From Polyangiales bacterium (GTDB lineage Bacteria > Myxococcota_A > Polyangia > Polyangiales > Polyangiaceae), in contig JBBRNJ010000010.1 of assembly GCA_038230375.1 (NCBI GenBank), positions 32,001 to 96,000 on the forward strand: 64,000 nt of DNA, written 5' to 3'. Positions within the stretch are counted from its first letter, which is position 1. Every line of letters starts with the position of its first letter. Below the pieces are notes generated by a model that did not search any database, was not told where the DNA came from, and saw nothing but the letters and a program-made list of their open reading frames with translations. Positions 1 through 9,557 of the stretch are shown here, piece after piece. The position numbers were made by a program, and so were the translations under genes.

Positions 1-940
1 CCGCGATGCGCCGCGTTCCCGCGACAACGTCCACGTGCGTGAACAGCACGCGACCGTCCACCGCGGCCGACACGTCTCGCAAGACGATCGGCGCGGCGGC
101 CTCTCCGCCCGCATGCAGCGACGCCTGGAGCGAGAGCGGCAGACGCACCAGGAGCGCGCGACGCGTCGACTTTGCGAATGACCGCACGGCGTCAAGGCGC
201 GCTTGCCGCGTGAGCGCGGACTTGCCGTGGGACACCTGTGCGTCGCTACGCTTCTGATTGAGGCGCGCGCGAGAGGTGCATCGCGCGAGCTCGCGTGAGC
301 GCCCAAACTGCTTCTTTCGAGCCTTCCTGCGCGCGAGGTGCAGCGTGTGTTCCTCGCGCACCGCGAGACCGTGGAGATTCCTGAGGTACCGCAGCTCGCC
401 TGACTCTTGCTCGCGGGCTTGCTCACGTTGCAGCTCCGCAAGCGTGCCGGAGAAGTAGCGACAACCCGACTCCCGGATGCAGAAGAAATGCTCCATGTCG
501 CCGAGCAGCCGGCGATCGTGGCTCGCGAGCACGACGCCGCCAGTGAACGACCGCAGCCATGCGCGGAGCCACAGGGCCGCGTCGTCATCCAGATCGCTCG
601 TGGGCTCATCCAGCAAGAGCACGTCCGCGCCTGACTGCCTTGCCTCCATCAAGCGCAACCTCCGGACCTGGCCCGCGCTCATGCCCAGAACGCAATCGAG
701 CACCTGCGGCACCAGGTGCGTCCTTCCTCGCCGCAGCACCCTCTCGTGTGGAGTGCTGCCGGCGAGCACCGACAGCAGCGTGGATTTTCCCACGCCGTTG
801 CGGCCGACCAGCGCGACGTGCTCGCGGCCCAGGGAGAGCCGAAGGCCCTCCACGAGCGTTCGACCGCCATCCGCCTGGATGCGCGCATCCGCCACCACGA
901 TGAGCGGCTCGTCCTGCTTCGCGTGGGTCGTCGCTCTCAT
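1..940 (-). CDS. ABC-F family ATPase, ARE-like (3' end beyond the window)
   Basis: Not in the ORF track because it has no stop in the window. Manual translation from ATG 940: MRATTHAKQDEPLIVV...HVALVGRNGVGKSTLL (Walker A), LVPQ, MSAGQ, LLLDEPTSDLD, LASHDR, then a long basic linker. No TM segment. ATGA overlap with the hflX stop. Confidence 0.85.
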   Translation of the reverse strand, partial: MRATTHAKQDEPLIVVADARIQADGGRTLVEGLRLSLGREHVALVGRNGVGKSTLLSVLAGSTPHERVLRRGRTHLVPQVLDCVLGMSAGQVRRLRLMEARQSGADVLLLDEPTSDLDDDAALWLRAWLRSFTGGVVLASHDRRLLGDMEHFFCIRESGCRYFSGTLAELQREQAREQESGELRYLRNLHGLAVREEHTLHLARRKARKKQFGRSRELARCTSRARLNQKRSDAQVSHGKSALTRQARLDAVRSFAKSTRRALLVRLPLSLQASLHAGGEAAAPIVLRDVSAAVDGRVLFTHVDVVAGTRRIA

Positions 941-2310
941 CGCGTCCGCCCCTGGAGCCGAGCTCTAATCTGGCCCACGGCCTGCGCGGGCCCCTGGAAC
1001 GTGAGCTGCAGTCCGGTCTCCGTTGCATCGCTCTCGGTGACGCGACACCTCGCGTAGATCAACGCCAGGACCTCCGAAGCCTCGTACGGCACGAGCATCG
1101 ACACGGGCTCCTCGCCGTCTCGCGCCGCCGAGATGAGCGCGTTGCTCAGGTCAGCGACCGCGCGTGTGTCATGGCTGGAGAGCGCGCGCCACGGGCTCTC
1201 GGCACAGAGCGATGCGATCTCGCGTTCGTCGATCGCCTCGACGCGATCGCGCTTGTTCCACACATAGAAGCGTGGAACGTGCTCCGCGCCGAGCCTCGCG
1301 AGCACGGCGTGCGTCGTCTCCAGGTGCAGCGCGCGCTCGTGGTCGCTCGCGTCGACGACGATCACGAGCAAAGAAGCCTCCGTGATCTCCTGCAGCGTGG
1401 AGTCGAAGCTCGCGAGCAGCCGCTCCGGCAACCTGCGAATGAAGCCGACGGTGTCGCTCAGCACGACGTCGCCCCCATGTCGGGTAAGGCAGCGGCTGGT
1501 GGTGTCCAGCGTCTCGAAAGGCACGTCCCGTGCGGACAGCTCCGTGGACGCGAGCGCATTCATCAGCGACGTCTTCCCGGCGTTGGTATAGCCGACCAGC
1601 ACGATGCGCTTCGCACTGCCGCGGAGGTGCCGCTGCGTCTCGCCCGAGGTCAGGAGCTTCCGGAGCGCCTTCTGCAGCTCGAACGACCGCGCATCCAGCT
1701 TTCGCGCAAGGAGCTCCGAGGCCGTTTCTCCGGGCCCGCGTGCTCCCGCCATGCCGCCTGCCTGCTGGTCCATGTTGATGCCCACGCCGCGGATGCGCGG
1801 CTTCAGCCACTCGAGCTGCGCGAGCTCCACCTGGATGCGTGCGCGTCGCGTTCGCGCATGGCGGAGGAACACGTTGAGGATGATGCCCTCGCGGTCGCAC
1901 ACGGGCAGCTTCGCGACGTCCTCCAGGTTTCGCGTCTGCGAAGGCGTGAGCTCCGCATCCAGGACGAGCATGTTGCTTCCGCACGCACGTGCGCGCGCTG
2001 CGAGCTCCTCTGCTACGCCCTTCCCGAGCAACGTGCGCGGGTCGGGCTCTGCCATGTGACGGATCTCTGCTCCCACGACGCGGTCGCCCGTGCTCTTCGT
2101 GAGCGCGACGATCTCGTGGAGCTGCGCGACGCGTATTCGCGGATCGCGTTCGCGTCCAACGGACACGACGTAGTCGTCGTTCCCGCCTTCACGCGGCGAT
2201 GCGGGGAGGCCTTTTTCCTGCCACTCCGCGACAAGCTTCTCCCAGCGACCCTCGTCGGCAAGGGGCACCTCTGCGTGCTCCGAAATGGGCTTCGAATCGA
2301 ACCTGAGCAT
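937..2310 (-). CDS. hflX: GTPase HflX (ribosome-splitting factor)
   Basis: GKG, LTPSQTRNLE, QVELAQL, GPGET, G1 GYTNAGKTS, FETLDT, DTVGFI, NKRD; SD AAGGAG at 2317-2322. Confidence 0.95.
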   Translation of the reverse strand: MLRFDSKPISEHAEVPLADEGRWEKLVAEWQEKGLPASPREGGNDDYVVSVGRERDPRIRVAQLHEIVALTKSTGDRVVGAEIRHMAEPDPRTLLGKGVAEELAARARACGSNMLVLDAELTPSQTRNLEDVAKLPVCDREGIILNVFLRHARTRRARIQVELAQLEWLKPRIRGVGINMDQQAGGMAGARGPGETASELLARKLDARSFELQKALRKLLTSGETQRHLRGSAKRIVLVGYTNAGKTSLMNALASTELSARDVPFETLDTTSRCLTRHGGDVVLSDTVGFIRRLPERLLASFDSTLQEITEASLLVIVVDASDHERALHLETTHAVLARLGAEHVPRFYVWNKRDRVEAIDEREIASLCAESPWRALSSHDTRAVADLSNALISAARDGEEPVSMLVPYEASEVLALIYARCRVTESDATETGLQLTFQGPAQAVGQIRARLQGRTR

Positions 2311-2466
2311 GAGTATCTCCTTCGAACGTCAGTGTTGAGCGCGGCCTTTTCCTCCACTCGAGCGGGATCTCTGTCGGCATGCGGGACGTCGTGCGATGTG
2401 CACGGCCAGCGGCCAGCGACAGGACTCGAGGGACTCAGGGGCTCAGACGAACGAAAGATGAAACAT
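2311..2466 (-). promoter_or_regulatory. Putative translational attenuator in the hflX leader
   Basis: Nested complementary segments pair the uORF region with the hflX SD region: ATCT/AGAT, TTCG/CGAA, CGTC/GACG, TGAGC/GCTCA, CTCGAG/CTCGAG, CTGTCG/CGACAG. Confidence 0.7.
2443..2466 (-). CDS. Leader peptide MFHLSFV
   Basis: ATG TTT CAT CTT TCG TTC GTC TGA, 14 nt downstream of the -10 box. Confidence 0.65.
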   Translation of the reverse strand: MFHLSFV

Positions 2467-2480
2467 GGCGATCGACGTGC

Positions 2481-2508
2481 AGCTTAGCTCTGGATCGCGC
2501 TTCGTCAA
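2481..2508 (-). promoter_or_regulatory. sigma70-type promoter of the hflX operon
   Basis: TTGACG-N16-TAAGCT on the minus strand. Confidence 0.7.
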
Positions 2509-4394
2509 GGATGCGTGCGCGCGACCACCCGCTCGATCGCGTCGACGAGCTCGCTGCGCCCGCAGGGCTTCCTGAGCACGCGCGAGCCCAGTCGCTCGAT
2601 GAGCTCCTCGTCCGATTCGCCGCGCGCGCCTCCCGTGATGAGCAGCGTACGGTCTGCCAGCGGCGAGCCCGCGGCGCGCAGGTCAAGGAGAAGCCGCTCG
2701 CCCCCGCCGTCGGGCATGGTCAGGTCGCAGATCACCGCGTCGTAGCGCTCGCGAGCCGCGCGCTCGAGCGCGTCCTTCACCGTGGACGCCGTGTCGACGT
2801 CGCAGTGAGGGCCCAGCTGTCGCGCGTGCATCGAGAGGACCTGTGGATCGTCGTCCACCAGGAGCACGCGTCGTCGCTTCTCCGTGCGTGCAGGCGACGC
2901 ACTTGCCGCCTCCGTCTTGGGCGCCCCCGCGGCGTCGAGCTCGATGGAGAGCTCCGAGCCACGGCCAAGGGTGGACTCCACCCGCATCTCGCCCCTCATC
3001 GCGGTCACGAACGTGGAGGAGACCGCAAGACCAAGCCCGGTGCCGAGCCCCGCTGGCTTCGTGCTGAAGAACGGCTCGAACAGCCGCTCCTTCGTCGAGG
3101 CGCTCATGCCAACGCCGTTGTCCGTAACGGCGATGCGGACCTTGCGTGCGCCGCCTTGCGCGTGCGCCTCCACGCGCACCTCCACACGGCCATCCTTCTG
3201 GCCATCCGGGATGGCCTGGACACCGTTCTGAACGAGGTTTTCGATGACCTGCTCGAGCATCGTGTGTTCGCCGGTGGCGAAGGTGCCATCCGGGCAATCG
3301 ATGTCGATCTTCACGGCCCCGCGCGAGGAGGCCCGCGCGGTCTCGACCGCAGCGCGCACGCACGCGCCGACGTCGATGGTGACCCGCGCGTCCTGCGCCC
3401 GCGTCCGCGAGCCGGCCTGCTGCAGCTGCTTGACGATGCGTGCGACGCGGCGCGCCGCCTCGAGCGAGTCGGTGAGGCAGGCGTGCTCCTCCTCCGTCAG
3501 GCTGCCAACGGGTCGGGCCTCTTGCAGCACGGTCAGGTTGCCGATGACCGCGGAGATCGGGTTGTTGATCTCGTGCGCGACGCCTCCGGCAAGCTGCCCC
3601 AGCGTCGCAAGCCGCTCCGTCTGACGAAGCGTCTCGGTGGCCTTCTCGAGCGCAGCAGTCCGCTCCTTCACCCGCTGCTCCAGATCGAGCGCGAGGCGAT
3701 CCAGCGAGTTCGCCGTGCCGATGAAGCCGCGCGTGAAGTCTGCACCGACACAGAGGATCGCCGCGAAGAAGAACGGCCCCGCAACATAGGGCGGTGACAG
3801 GTAGGCCGCGCTGACGAGCACGTCGTGGACCGCGCCCGCGAACAGAAGGCCCAGCGCGGCCACGTGGTAGAAGGTCACGTCGCCCTTGCGTACGTCCTTG
3901 AGGTAACGGCCGAGCGCCAGGCCCATCACCACCATGAGCACTGCAAATGCGACGTTGCCTGCGGCGGTGGGCTGCACGTCGTAGTACCGAATGGAGCCGA
4001 GCTGTGACGCGCGTTCGACCTCGCCCGGCACGAAGGCAACGCCGGGGATCGCACTTGCAACGCCCGTGATGGTGAGCAAAGAGAGCAGCACGCGATCGAG
4101 CGTGTCGACGGCGGTGTTCTGCAGCAGGCGCGTTCGCAGCAGGATCCACGCGCCGATGTGGAGCGACAGCGACGCCACATCAAGGCCGTTCGCTGCGGAA
4201 CGCCAGAAGCCGGGCACACCAGGGATGGCGGTGTGCAGGTCGAAGAAGAAGTAGCTCACGCCCGAGCCGCCGATCCACGCGATCAGCCGTATGCGTCGCC
4301 AGCGTGGAGCGCGCGACAGAGACCAGGCCAACGCCGCAACGCCAAGCGCCGCGACGCCCCCCGCCACGTCCAGTAGTGCGCCGGCCTGAAGCAT
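2505..4394 (-). CDS. Hybrid sensor histidine kinase (multi-TM sensor, HisKA, HATPase, receiver)
   Basis: About 7 hydrophobic segments; GVAHEINNP, NLVQNG, DNGVG, FFSTK, GTGLGL; receiver LLVDDD...DLTMP...KP. Confidence 0.92.
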   Translation of the reverse strand: MLQAGALLDVAGGVAALGVAALAWSLSRAPRWRRIRLIAWIGGSGVSYFFFDLHTAIPGVPGFWRSAANGLDVASLSLHIGAWILLRTRLLQNTAVDTLDRVLLSLLTITGVASAIPGVAFVPGEVERASQLGSIRYYDVQPTAAGNVAFAVLMVVMGLALGRYLKDVRKGDVTFYHVAALGLLFAGAVHDVLVSAAYLSPPYVAGPFFFAAILCVGADFTRGFIGTANSLDRLALDLEQRVKERTAALEKATETLRQTERLATLGQLAGGVAHEINNPISAVIGNLTVLQEARPVGSLTEEEHACLTDSLEAARRVARIVKQLQQAGSRTRAQDARVTIDVGACVRAAVETARASSRGAVKIDIDCPDGTFATGEHTMLEQVIENLVQNGVQAIPDGQKDGRVEVRVEAHAQGGARKVRIAVTDNGVGMSASTKERLFEPFFSTKPAGLGTGLGLAVSSTFVTAMRGEMRVESTLGRGSELSIELDAAGAPKTEAASASPARTEKRRRVLLVDDDPQVLSMHARQLGPHCDVDTASTVKDALERAARERYDAVICDLTMPDGGGERLLLDLRAAGSPLADRTLLITGGARGESDEELIERLGSRVLRKPCGRSELVDAIERVVARTHP

Positions 4395-4439
4395 GCGACC
4401 CCAAGAGTGTACGTCAGGGAGGCGCGGAATACGCTGTGG

Positions 4440-4748
4440 TCAGGACGGGCGCGGTGCGTTTCGTATCGGCAGCTCGTTCGCCGCGTCGATGGCGGAGTTA
4501 GGCGCCGCAGTCGGAGCTTCGTTCGCCTCTGGTCGTTTGGTGGTGTCCGTCATCAGCCACGATTTCACGCGGGTTCGTGCGTCGTTGCTGAAGATGAGCG
4601 CGCCGATCCCAACGCCGATGCCCATGCCGATGACCAGCGGCCATCCAGTCGTGCGCCGCGAGTTCTCCCTCGATCGGAGGAGCCGGTCGCCTGCGCCAGC
4701 GAGATCGATCGCCAGTCGCATTCCGTCGGAGATGTTCTTGAAGTTCAT
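4440..4748 (-). CDS. Small single-TM protein, YtxH-like
   Basis: GMGIGVGIGALIFS followed by ARTRVK; TGATG coupling to the upstream gene. Confidence 0.65.
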   Translation of the reverse strand: MNFKNISDGMRLAIDLAGAGDRLLRSRENSRRTTGWPLVIGMGIGVGIGALIFSNDARTRVKSWLMTDTTKRPEANEAPTAAPNSAIDAANELPIRNAPRPS

Positions 4749-5074
4749 CAGGGCTTGCCCTTCCTCTCGTCGCGCCTGTGCTCCGCGGCTGTCGCCACTT
4801 CCTTCGCGCTGTGTCCGACCTTCTCGGCCGCCTCTTGCGCGGTGTGCAGCACCTTCGAGGCAACCTCCTTCAGCGCGTGACCAGCCTTCTCGACGCCCTC
4901 CTGGATGCGGTGCTCGCTCTTGTCAGCCAGGGTCTCCGCTGCGCCGCTCGCCTCCGTCGCCGCGGCGTCGGCCTTGTCCGCGAGCTCGTTGACCTTCGCG
5001 CCCGCCTTGGACGCGAGCTCCTTGGCTTTGTTTGCGATGTCGTCGATCTTGGAATTGATGTCCGAGGTTCCCAT
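4748..5074 (-). CDS. LEA/CsbD-like hydrophilic helical stress protein
   Basis: MGTSDINSKIDDIANKAKELASKAGAKVNELADKA...; A/K/E-rich ~11-mer periodicity; SD AAGGAG. Confidence 0.75.
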   Translation of the reverse strand: MGTSDINSKIDDIANKAKELASKAGAKVNELADKADAAATEASGAAETLADKSEHRIQEGVEKAGHALKEVASKVLHTAQEAAEKVGHSAKEVATAAEHRRDERKGKP

Positions 5075-5113
5075 GACAGCTCCTTGCGTCGATTGGTATG
5101 GACTGCCCGTAGG

Positions 5114-5129
5114 AGCATGATGTGTTCCA
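5114..5129 (-). promoter_or_regulatory. sigma54 -24/-12 promoter
   Basis: TGGAAC-ACATC-ATGCT upstream of the LEA-like gene. Confidence 0.55.
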
Positions 5130-5277
5130 CCGTTGCGACGGCGGTTTGCCTGCAGGGGTCGCAAGCCGCTGTGGCATTGTGCGACTCGAGCGGCACCGGC
5201 GCAGGGCATTCGTGCCCCTTTCGTGGCGGGATTGTCGTAGGCTGGCCTCCTTCCGAAGACGTTCGAAGAGGGCACTG

Positions 5278-5628
5278 ATGAAACGATCTCGTTCGCTACT
5301 GTTCACGCCGTTCATTCTTGCCGCATGTGGGGGAAGCTTTCCCGTCCCCACGGAGCGGCTCTCGTCTGCGGAGGGCGGTACCCGCACCGCCCACGAGCTG
5401 AACGCGGAGGGCGATCCGCAGGCCGCGCTCCATCTGAAGCTCGCGAACGAGCAGATCGAGAAGGCGAAGGCGGCGATGAAGAACGACGACAACAAGGCGG
5501 CAGACCTGCTCCTTCAGCGCGCGAGCGCGGACGCAGAGCTCTCGGTGCAGCTCGCGAAGGGCGCGAAGGCCAAGGCAGATGCGCAGGCTGCGCAAGATCG
5601 CGCCGCGGCTCTGCGAGGAGGGAAGTGA
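5278..5628 (+). CDS. DUF4398-like lipoprotein
   Basis: Lipobox LAAC; helical ALHLKLANEQIEKAK...RASADAELS; TGATG coupling to the OmpA gene. Confidence 0.8.
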   Translation: MKRSRSLLFTPFILAACGGSFPVPTERLSSAEGGTRTAHELNAEGDPQAALHLKLANEQIEKAKAAMKNDDNKAADLLLQRASADAELSVQLAKGAKAKADAQAAQDRAAALRGGK

Positions 5629-6506
5629 TGAAGACGAAGATCAGCTACTCACGCTCCGCGCTCCTGGTGGCCGCGCTCGCCGCGTCCGTTGCCTGCCTTG
5701 CCGGTGTCGCCGGATGTGGCGCCGCCATCCCTCCGCCCGAGCTCGTGGCGGCGCGCACGGCATACAAGAAGGCCGCCGACGGCCCCGCGAACAAGGAGAG
5801 CCCCGCGCAGGTGCACGAAGCGCAGCTCGCGCTCGACGTGGCCGAGAAGAAATGGGCTGAAATTCCCGACTCGGCGGAGGTCAAGGATCTCGCCTACGTC
5901 GCGCAGCGGAAGGCGGAGCTCGCAGAGGCCACCGCCGACACCAGCCTCGCGATGAAGCAGAAGGATATGTCCGAGCGCGGCGCGCAGCAGGCCCAGGTCG
6001 ACGCGCTTCGCAGCACGCAGGACCAGCTCACGAAGACCAAAGAGGAGCTCGAGCGCGAGAAGCAGCGCCGCGCCGACGCAGAGAAGCGGGCCGCACAGGC
6101 CATGGCGGACCTCCAGAAGATCGCTGCGGTGAAGCAGGACTCGCGCGGCGTGGTCATCACGCTCTCCGGCGGCGTGCTCTTCAAGACGGGCGAGTCAAAG
6201 CTCTTGCCCGCGGCGATGGCGCAGCTCAATCAGGTGGCAGACGCGCTCAGCGGCAACAACCCGGACGCGACCATCGAGGTCGACGGCTACACCGACAACC
6301 AGGGCAAGGACGCCACGAACCGCGAGCTCTCGCAGAAGCGCGCGACCTCCGTCGCCGACTACATCGTGTCACGCGGCATCGCAAAGGACCGCGTGAAGGC
6401 CGTGGGCAAGGGCTCGGACAGCCCGATCGCGGACAACACCTCCACCGAAGGCCGAGCCCAGAACCGCCGCGTCGAAATCGTAGTAGGCGGCGGCGCCGCG
6501 AAGTAA
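5628..6506 (+). CDS. OmpA-family lipoprotein with DUF4398/coiled-coil N-terminus
   Basis: VAGC lipobox; RGVVITLSGGVLFKTG, GYTDNQG, NRELSQKRA, GRAQNRRVEI. Confidence 0.92.
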   Translation: MKTKISYSRSALLVAALAASVACLAGVAGCGAAIPPPELVAARTAYKKAADGPANKESPAQVHEAQLALDVAEKKWAEIPDSAEVKDLAYVAQRKAELAEATADTSLAMKQKDMSERGAQQAQVDALRSTQDQLTKTKEELEREKQRRADAEKRAAQAMADLQKIAAVKQDSRGVVITLSGGVLFKTGESKLLPAAMAQLNQVADALSGNNPDATIEVDGYTDNQGKDATNRELSQKRATSVADYIVSRGIAKDRVKAVGKGSDSPIADNTSTEGRAQNRRVEIVVGGGAAK

Positions 6507-6590
6507 CGCGCCGCCATGCGTGGCGTCACGCGCCGCCATGCGTGGCGTCACGCGCCGCCATGCGTGGCGTCACGCGCCGCCATGCGTGGC
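6506..6590. repeat. 22-bp perfect tandem repeat (~3.9 copies), each unit with a hairpin
   Basis: Unit ACGCGCCGCCATGCGTGGCGTC at 6506, 6528, 6550 and (partial) 6572; internal stem CGCCA-TGCG-TGGCG. Confidence 0.95.
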
Positions 6591-6674
6591 CACGTCGAAG
6601 GCGCAGCTCAAGCAGGCCCGCGTCGCCCTCTACGTTCGTCAGCATGGCGGGTCCAGTAAAGGTAGAGTGACGAG

Positions 6675-8045
6675 GTGTCGCACGCCGCCACCATGTCTCC
6701 GCGCCGCTGGGCCACGAGCTTTCTCTCCCTGGTCGTGGTCTTCGGTCTGCTCTACGCGGCAAGCCGCGCGGCCCCGGATGATCACGGCGCCCTCGGGACG
6801 ATCTCGGCTGTCGGGTTTCTGCTCCTTGGTGGGGCCCTCCTCGCCGAGGTGCTCGAGCCGCTGCGCGTTCCGCACCTCACTGGCTACCTCGCGGTCGGCA
6901 TCATCGGTGGGCCGTATGTTCTTCACCTGATCGACCACGAGTCCGTGCAGCTCCTGAGCCGCGTGAACTCGCTCGCGCTCGCGCTCATCTCGCTTGCGGG
7001 CGGCGCGCAGCTTCGCGTGCGTGGACTGCGCGAAGCGTGGAAGAGCCTGGCCCTGACCAACGTCGTGCAGACCGTGGCGGGCATCGTGCTCGTCGGGGCC
7101 ACCTTCGTCGCGGCCCGCTCGCTCATGCCGTTCACCCGCACCATGTCGCTCGGTGCGCTCGTCGGCTTCGCGCTCCTGTGGGGCGTGCTCGCAACCACGC
7201 GCAGTCCCTCCGCCGTCCTGGCCGTGCTCTCGCAGACACGCGCAACTGGCCCGCTGACGCGGTATTCGATCGGCGCGGTCATGACGTCGGGAATCGTCGT
7301 CGTGGTCGTGCTGGCCGCGGCGCTGACCTTGGCGAAGCCGCTGATCACGCCCGGAGCGACGCTGCAGAGCAGCGCATTCACCGCGCTCGGACACGCGCTC
7401 CTTGGCAGCATTTCGATCGGCACGACGCTCGGTCTGGTGATGGCAGCGTACGTCAAGCTCGTGGGCAAGCAGCTCGTCGTCGTCCTGCTCGCCCTCGGGT
7501 TCGGCGCCTCCGAGATCCTCGCATACCTGAGCTTCGATCCGCTGTTGACCTTCATGGTCGCAGGCTTCGTGGTCCAGAACCTCTCGCAGCAAGGCGACAA
7601 GCTGCTCCACGAGATCGAGCAGACGGGCGGCATCGTCTACGTCGTGTTCTTCGCGACGGCCGGCGCCCACCTCGATATCCCGCTGCTCAGCAAGGTGTGG
7701 CCCGTCACGTTGCTCCTGTGCGGCGTCCGCTTCGTCGTCATCTACGTGGGCACGTCCGTGGCCGGGGCGATCACGAAGGACGAACCCCGGATCGCGCGCT
7801 GGGGATGGACGTCCCTCGTACCGCAAGCGGGGCTCGCGCTCGGCGTCGCCGCGCTCGTGGAGCGAGAGTTCCCGGGGCCAGGTTCGGACTTCAAATCACT
7901 CGGGTTCGCGGCCGCGGCGTTGAACGAGGTGCTTGGGCCCATCCTGTTCAAGATCGCCCTCGATCGCACGGGGGAGTCCCGCGGCCCGACCACCTCCGTG
8001 CCCGATGCAGCTGAAGCCACCGCCGCAGCCGATCTGCCGCACTAG
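6675..8045 (+). CDS. Cation:proton antiporter (Na+/H+ exchanger family)
   Basis: About 12 TM; LRVPHLTGYLAVG..GP, TRSPSAV, VFFATAGA, LVPQAGLALG, NEVLGP; TAGAGT-N6-GTG start. Confidence 0.88.
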   Translation: MSHAATMSPRRWATSFLSLVVVFGLLYAASRAAPDDHGALGTISAVGFLLLGGALLAEVLEPLRVPHLTGYLAVGIIGGPYVLHLIDHESVQLLSRVNSLALALISLAGGAQLRVRGLREAWKSLALTNVVQTVAGIVLVGATFVAARSLMPFTRTMSLGALVGFALLWGVLATTRSPSAVLAVLSQTRATGPLTRYSIGAVMTSGIVVVVVLAAALTLAKPLITPGATLQSSAFTALGHALLGSISIGTTLGLVMAAYVKLVGKQLVVVLLALGFGASEILAYLSFDPLLTFMVAGFVVQNLSQQGDKLLHEIEQTGGIVYVVFFATAGAHLDIPLLSKVWPVTLLLCGVRFVVIYVGTSVAGAITKDEPRIARWGWTSLVPQAGLALGVAALVEREFPGPGSDFKSLGFAAAALNEVLGPILFKIALDRTGESRGPTTSVPDAAEATAAADLPH

Positions 8046-8117
8046 CCCCCGCGCAGACCGCTCGCGTGGAAGGCGCAAGTGCTGACGCTCGGGCCCGCAC
8101 GTGCCATAACCACGCGC

Positions 8118-9557
8118 ATGAACCTGGTGCCGAAGCTGACCACGGGCCTCATCGCGGGAACGGTGCTCATCCTGGCGTGCAATGCCTACTTCCGCGTGAA
8201 GCGCGAGACCGCGCTCCTGCAGGCCGATCGCGTCCACAACCATGCCCTCGTGGGTCGGGCGCTCGGCGCGGCGGTGTCTGCGGTGTGGCGCTCCGACGGG
8301 AAGCCCGGCGCGCTGCGGGTCGTGCAAGGCGCCAACGAGCGCGAAGGCGTTGTCCGCATACGATGGGTCGACACCGCGGCTGTGGGCACGGAGGCGCATG
8401 CGGAGGCCGCTGCGCTCACGGCGTTGCCCGTCGGCGAGACGCTGACGCGCGTGGCCCCCACGCCGACCGGCGACGAACGCGTGAGCTACACGGCCGTGGC
8501 CGCGGACACGGAGCGCGTCGGCTTCGTCGAGCTCTCGGAGACGCTCGACGCGGAGCGCAGCACCGCTCGCACGATCGTCACTGACACGCTGCTCACCACA
8601 CTCACGCTGGTCATCGTGTGTGGTGCCCTCGCGGCGCTCCTTGGCCTGTGGTTCGTGGGGCGCCCGATCAAGGCGCTCTCGGCCAAGGCTCGTCGCATTG
8701 GCACGGGGGACTTCAGCGAGCCGCTCGCGCTACCGGAGGGGGACGAGCTTGGTCTGCTTGCCATCGAGGTGAACGCGATGTGCGAGCGCCTCACCGACGC
8801 GACCAGGCGCGTCGAGCGGGAGACCGCCGCCCGCATCGCGACCCTCGAGCAGCTCCGCCATGTCGACCGCCTGACGACGGTCGGCAAGCTCGCGTCCGGC
8901 GTCGCGCACGAGCTCGGGACGCCGCTCAACGTGGTGTCTGCGCGCGCCAAGATGATCGCCAAGGGCGAGACCACAACGGAGGAGACCACGGAGTACGCGC
9001 GCATCATCGCTGACGCCGCAGACCGCATGACCAAGATCATCAGGCAGCTACTTGCGTTCGCGCGACGCAAGGCCACGCAGAAATCCCGCTGCGATCTCTC
9101 CCGCGTCGCCAGGGACACCATCGAGCTGCTGCGTCCGATGGCGACGAAGGCCGACGTCCGCTTCGAGATCAGCGAGGCAGAGGCGGTCGCGGACGTCGAC
9201 GGCGACGCCATCCAACAGGTCTTCACCAACCTCTTCGTGAACGCGATCCAGTCTGCGCCGAAGGGCGGAAAGATCGACGTGAGCCTCACGTACGAGCAGC
9301 GAGCGCGTGACGACGCCCACCCAGGGCGGCACCTGGTGGTGACTGTGCACGACAACGGCGAAGGCATCGCTCCCGAGCACCTGGCGCACGTCTTCGAGCC
9401 GTTCTTCACCACGAAGGAGGTGGGGCAGGGAACGGGCCTGGGTCTGTCGGTCACCCACGGTATCGTGGAGGACCACGGTGGCTTCATCGAGGTCGCAAGC
9501 CCGCACGGAATGGGGGCGACGTTTCAGGTCCACCTTCCCGCCAAGGAGCCCTCGTGA
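8118..9557 (+). CDS. HAMP sensor histidine kinase
   Basis: 2 TM; HAMP (RPIKAL...DELGLL); GVAHELGTPL, NLFVNA, DNGEG, FFTTK, GTGLGL. Confidence 0.93.
   Translation: MNLVPKLTTGLIAGTVLILACNAYFRVKRETALLQADRVHNHALVGRALGAAVSAVWRSDGKPGALRVVQGANEREGVVRIRWVDTAAVGTEAHAEAAALTALPVGETLTRVAPTPTGDERVSYTAVAADTERVGFVELSETLDAERSTARTIVTDTLLTTLTLVIVCGALAALLGLWFVGRPIKALSAKARRIGTGDFSEPLALPEGDELGLLAIEVNAMCERLTDATRRVERETAARIATLEQLRHVDRLTTVGKLASGVAHELGTPLNVVSARAKMIAKGETTTEETTEYARIIADAADRMTKIIRQLLAFARRKATQKSRCDLSRVARDTIELLRPMATKADVRFEISEAEAVADVDGDAIQQVFTNLFVNAIQSAPKGGKIDVSLTYEQRARDDAHPGRHLVVTVHDNGEGIAPEHLAHVFEPFFTTKEVGQGTGLGLSVTHGIVEDHGGFIEVASPHGMGATFQVHLPAKEPS

Noticed and set aside
5190..5277. sigma54 promoter for the DUF4398-OmpA operon
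   Set aside because: No GG-N10-GC match with an acceptable -12 box was found.
6506..6590. Possible CRISPR array
   Set aside because: Units are contiguous with no unique spacers, and there are no cas genes.
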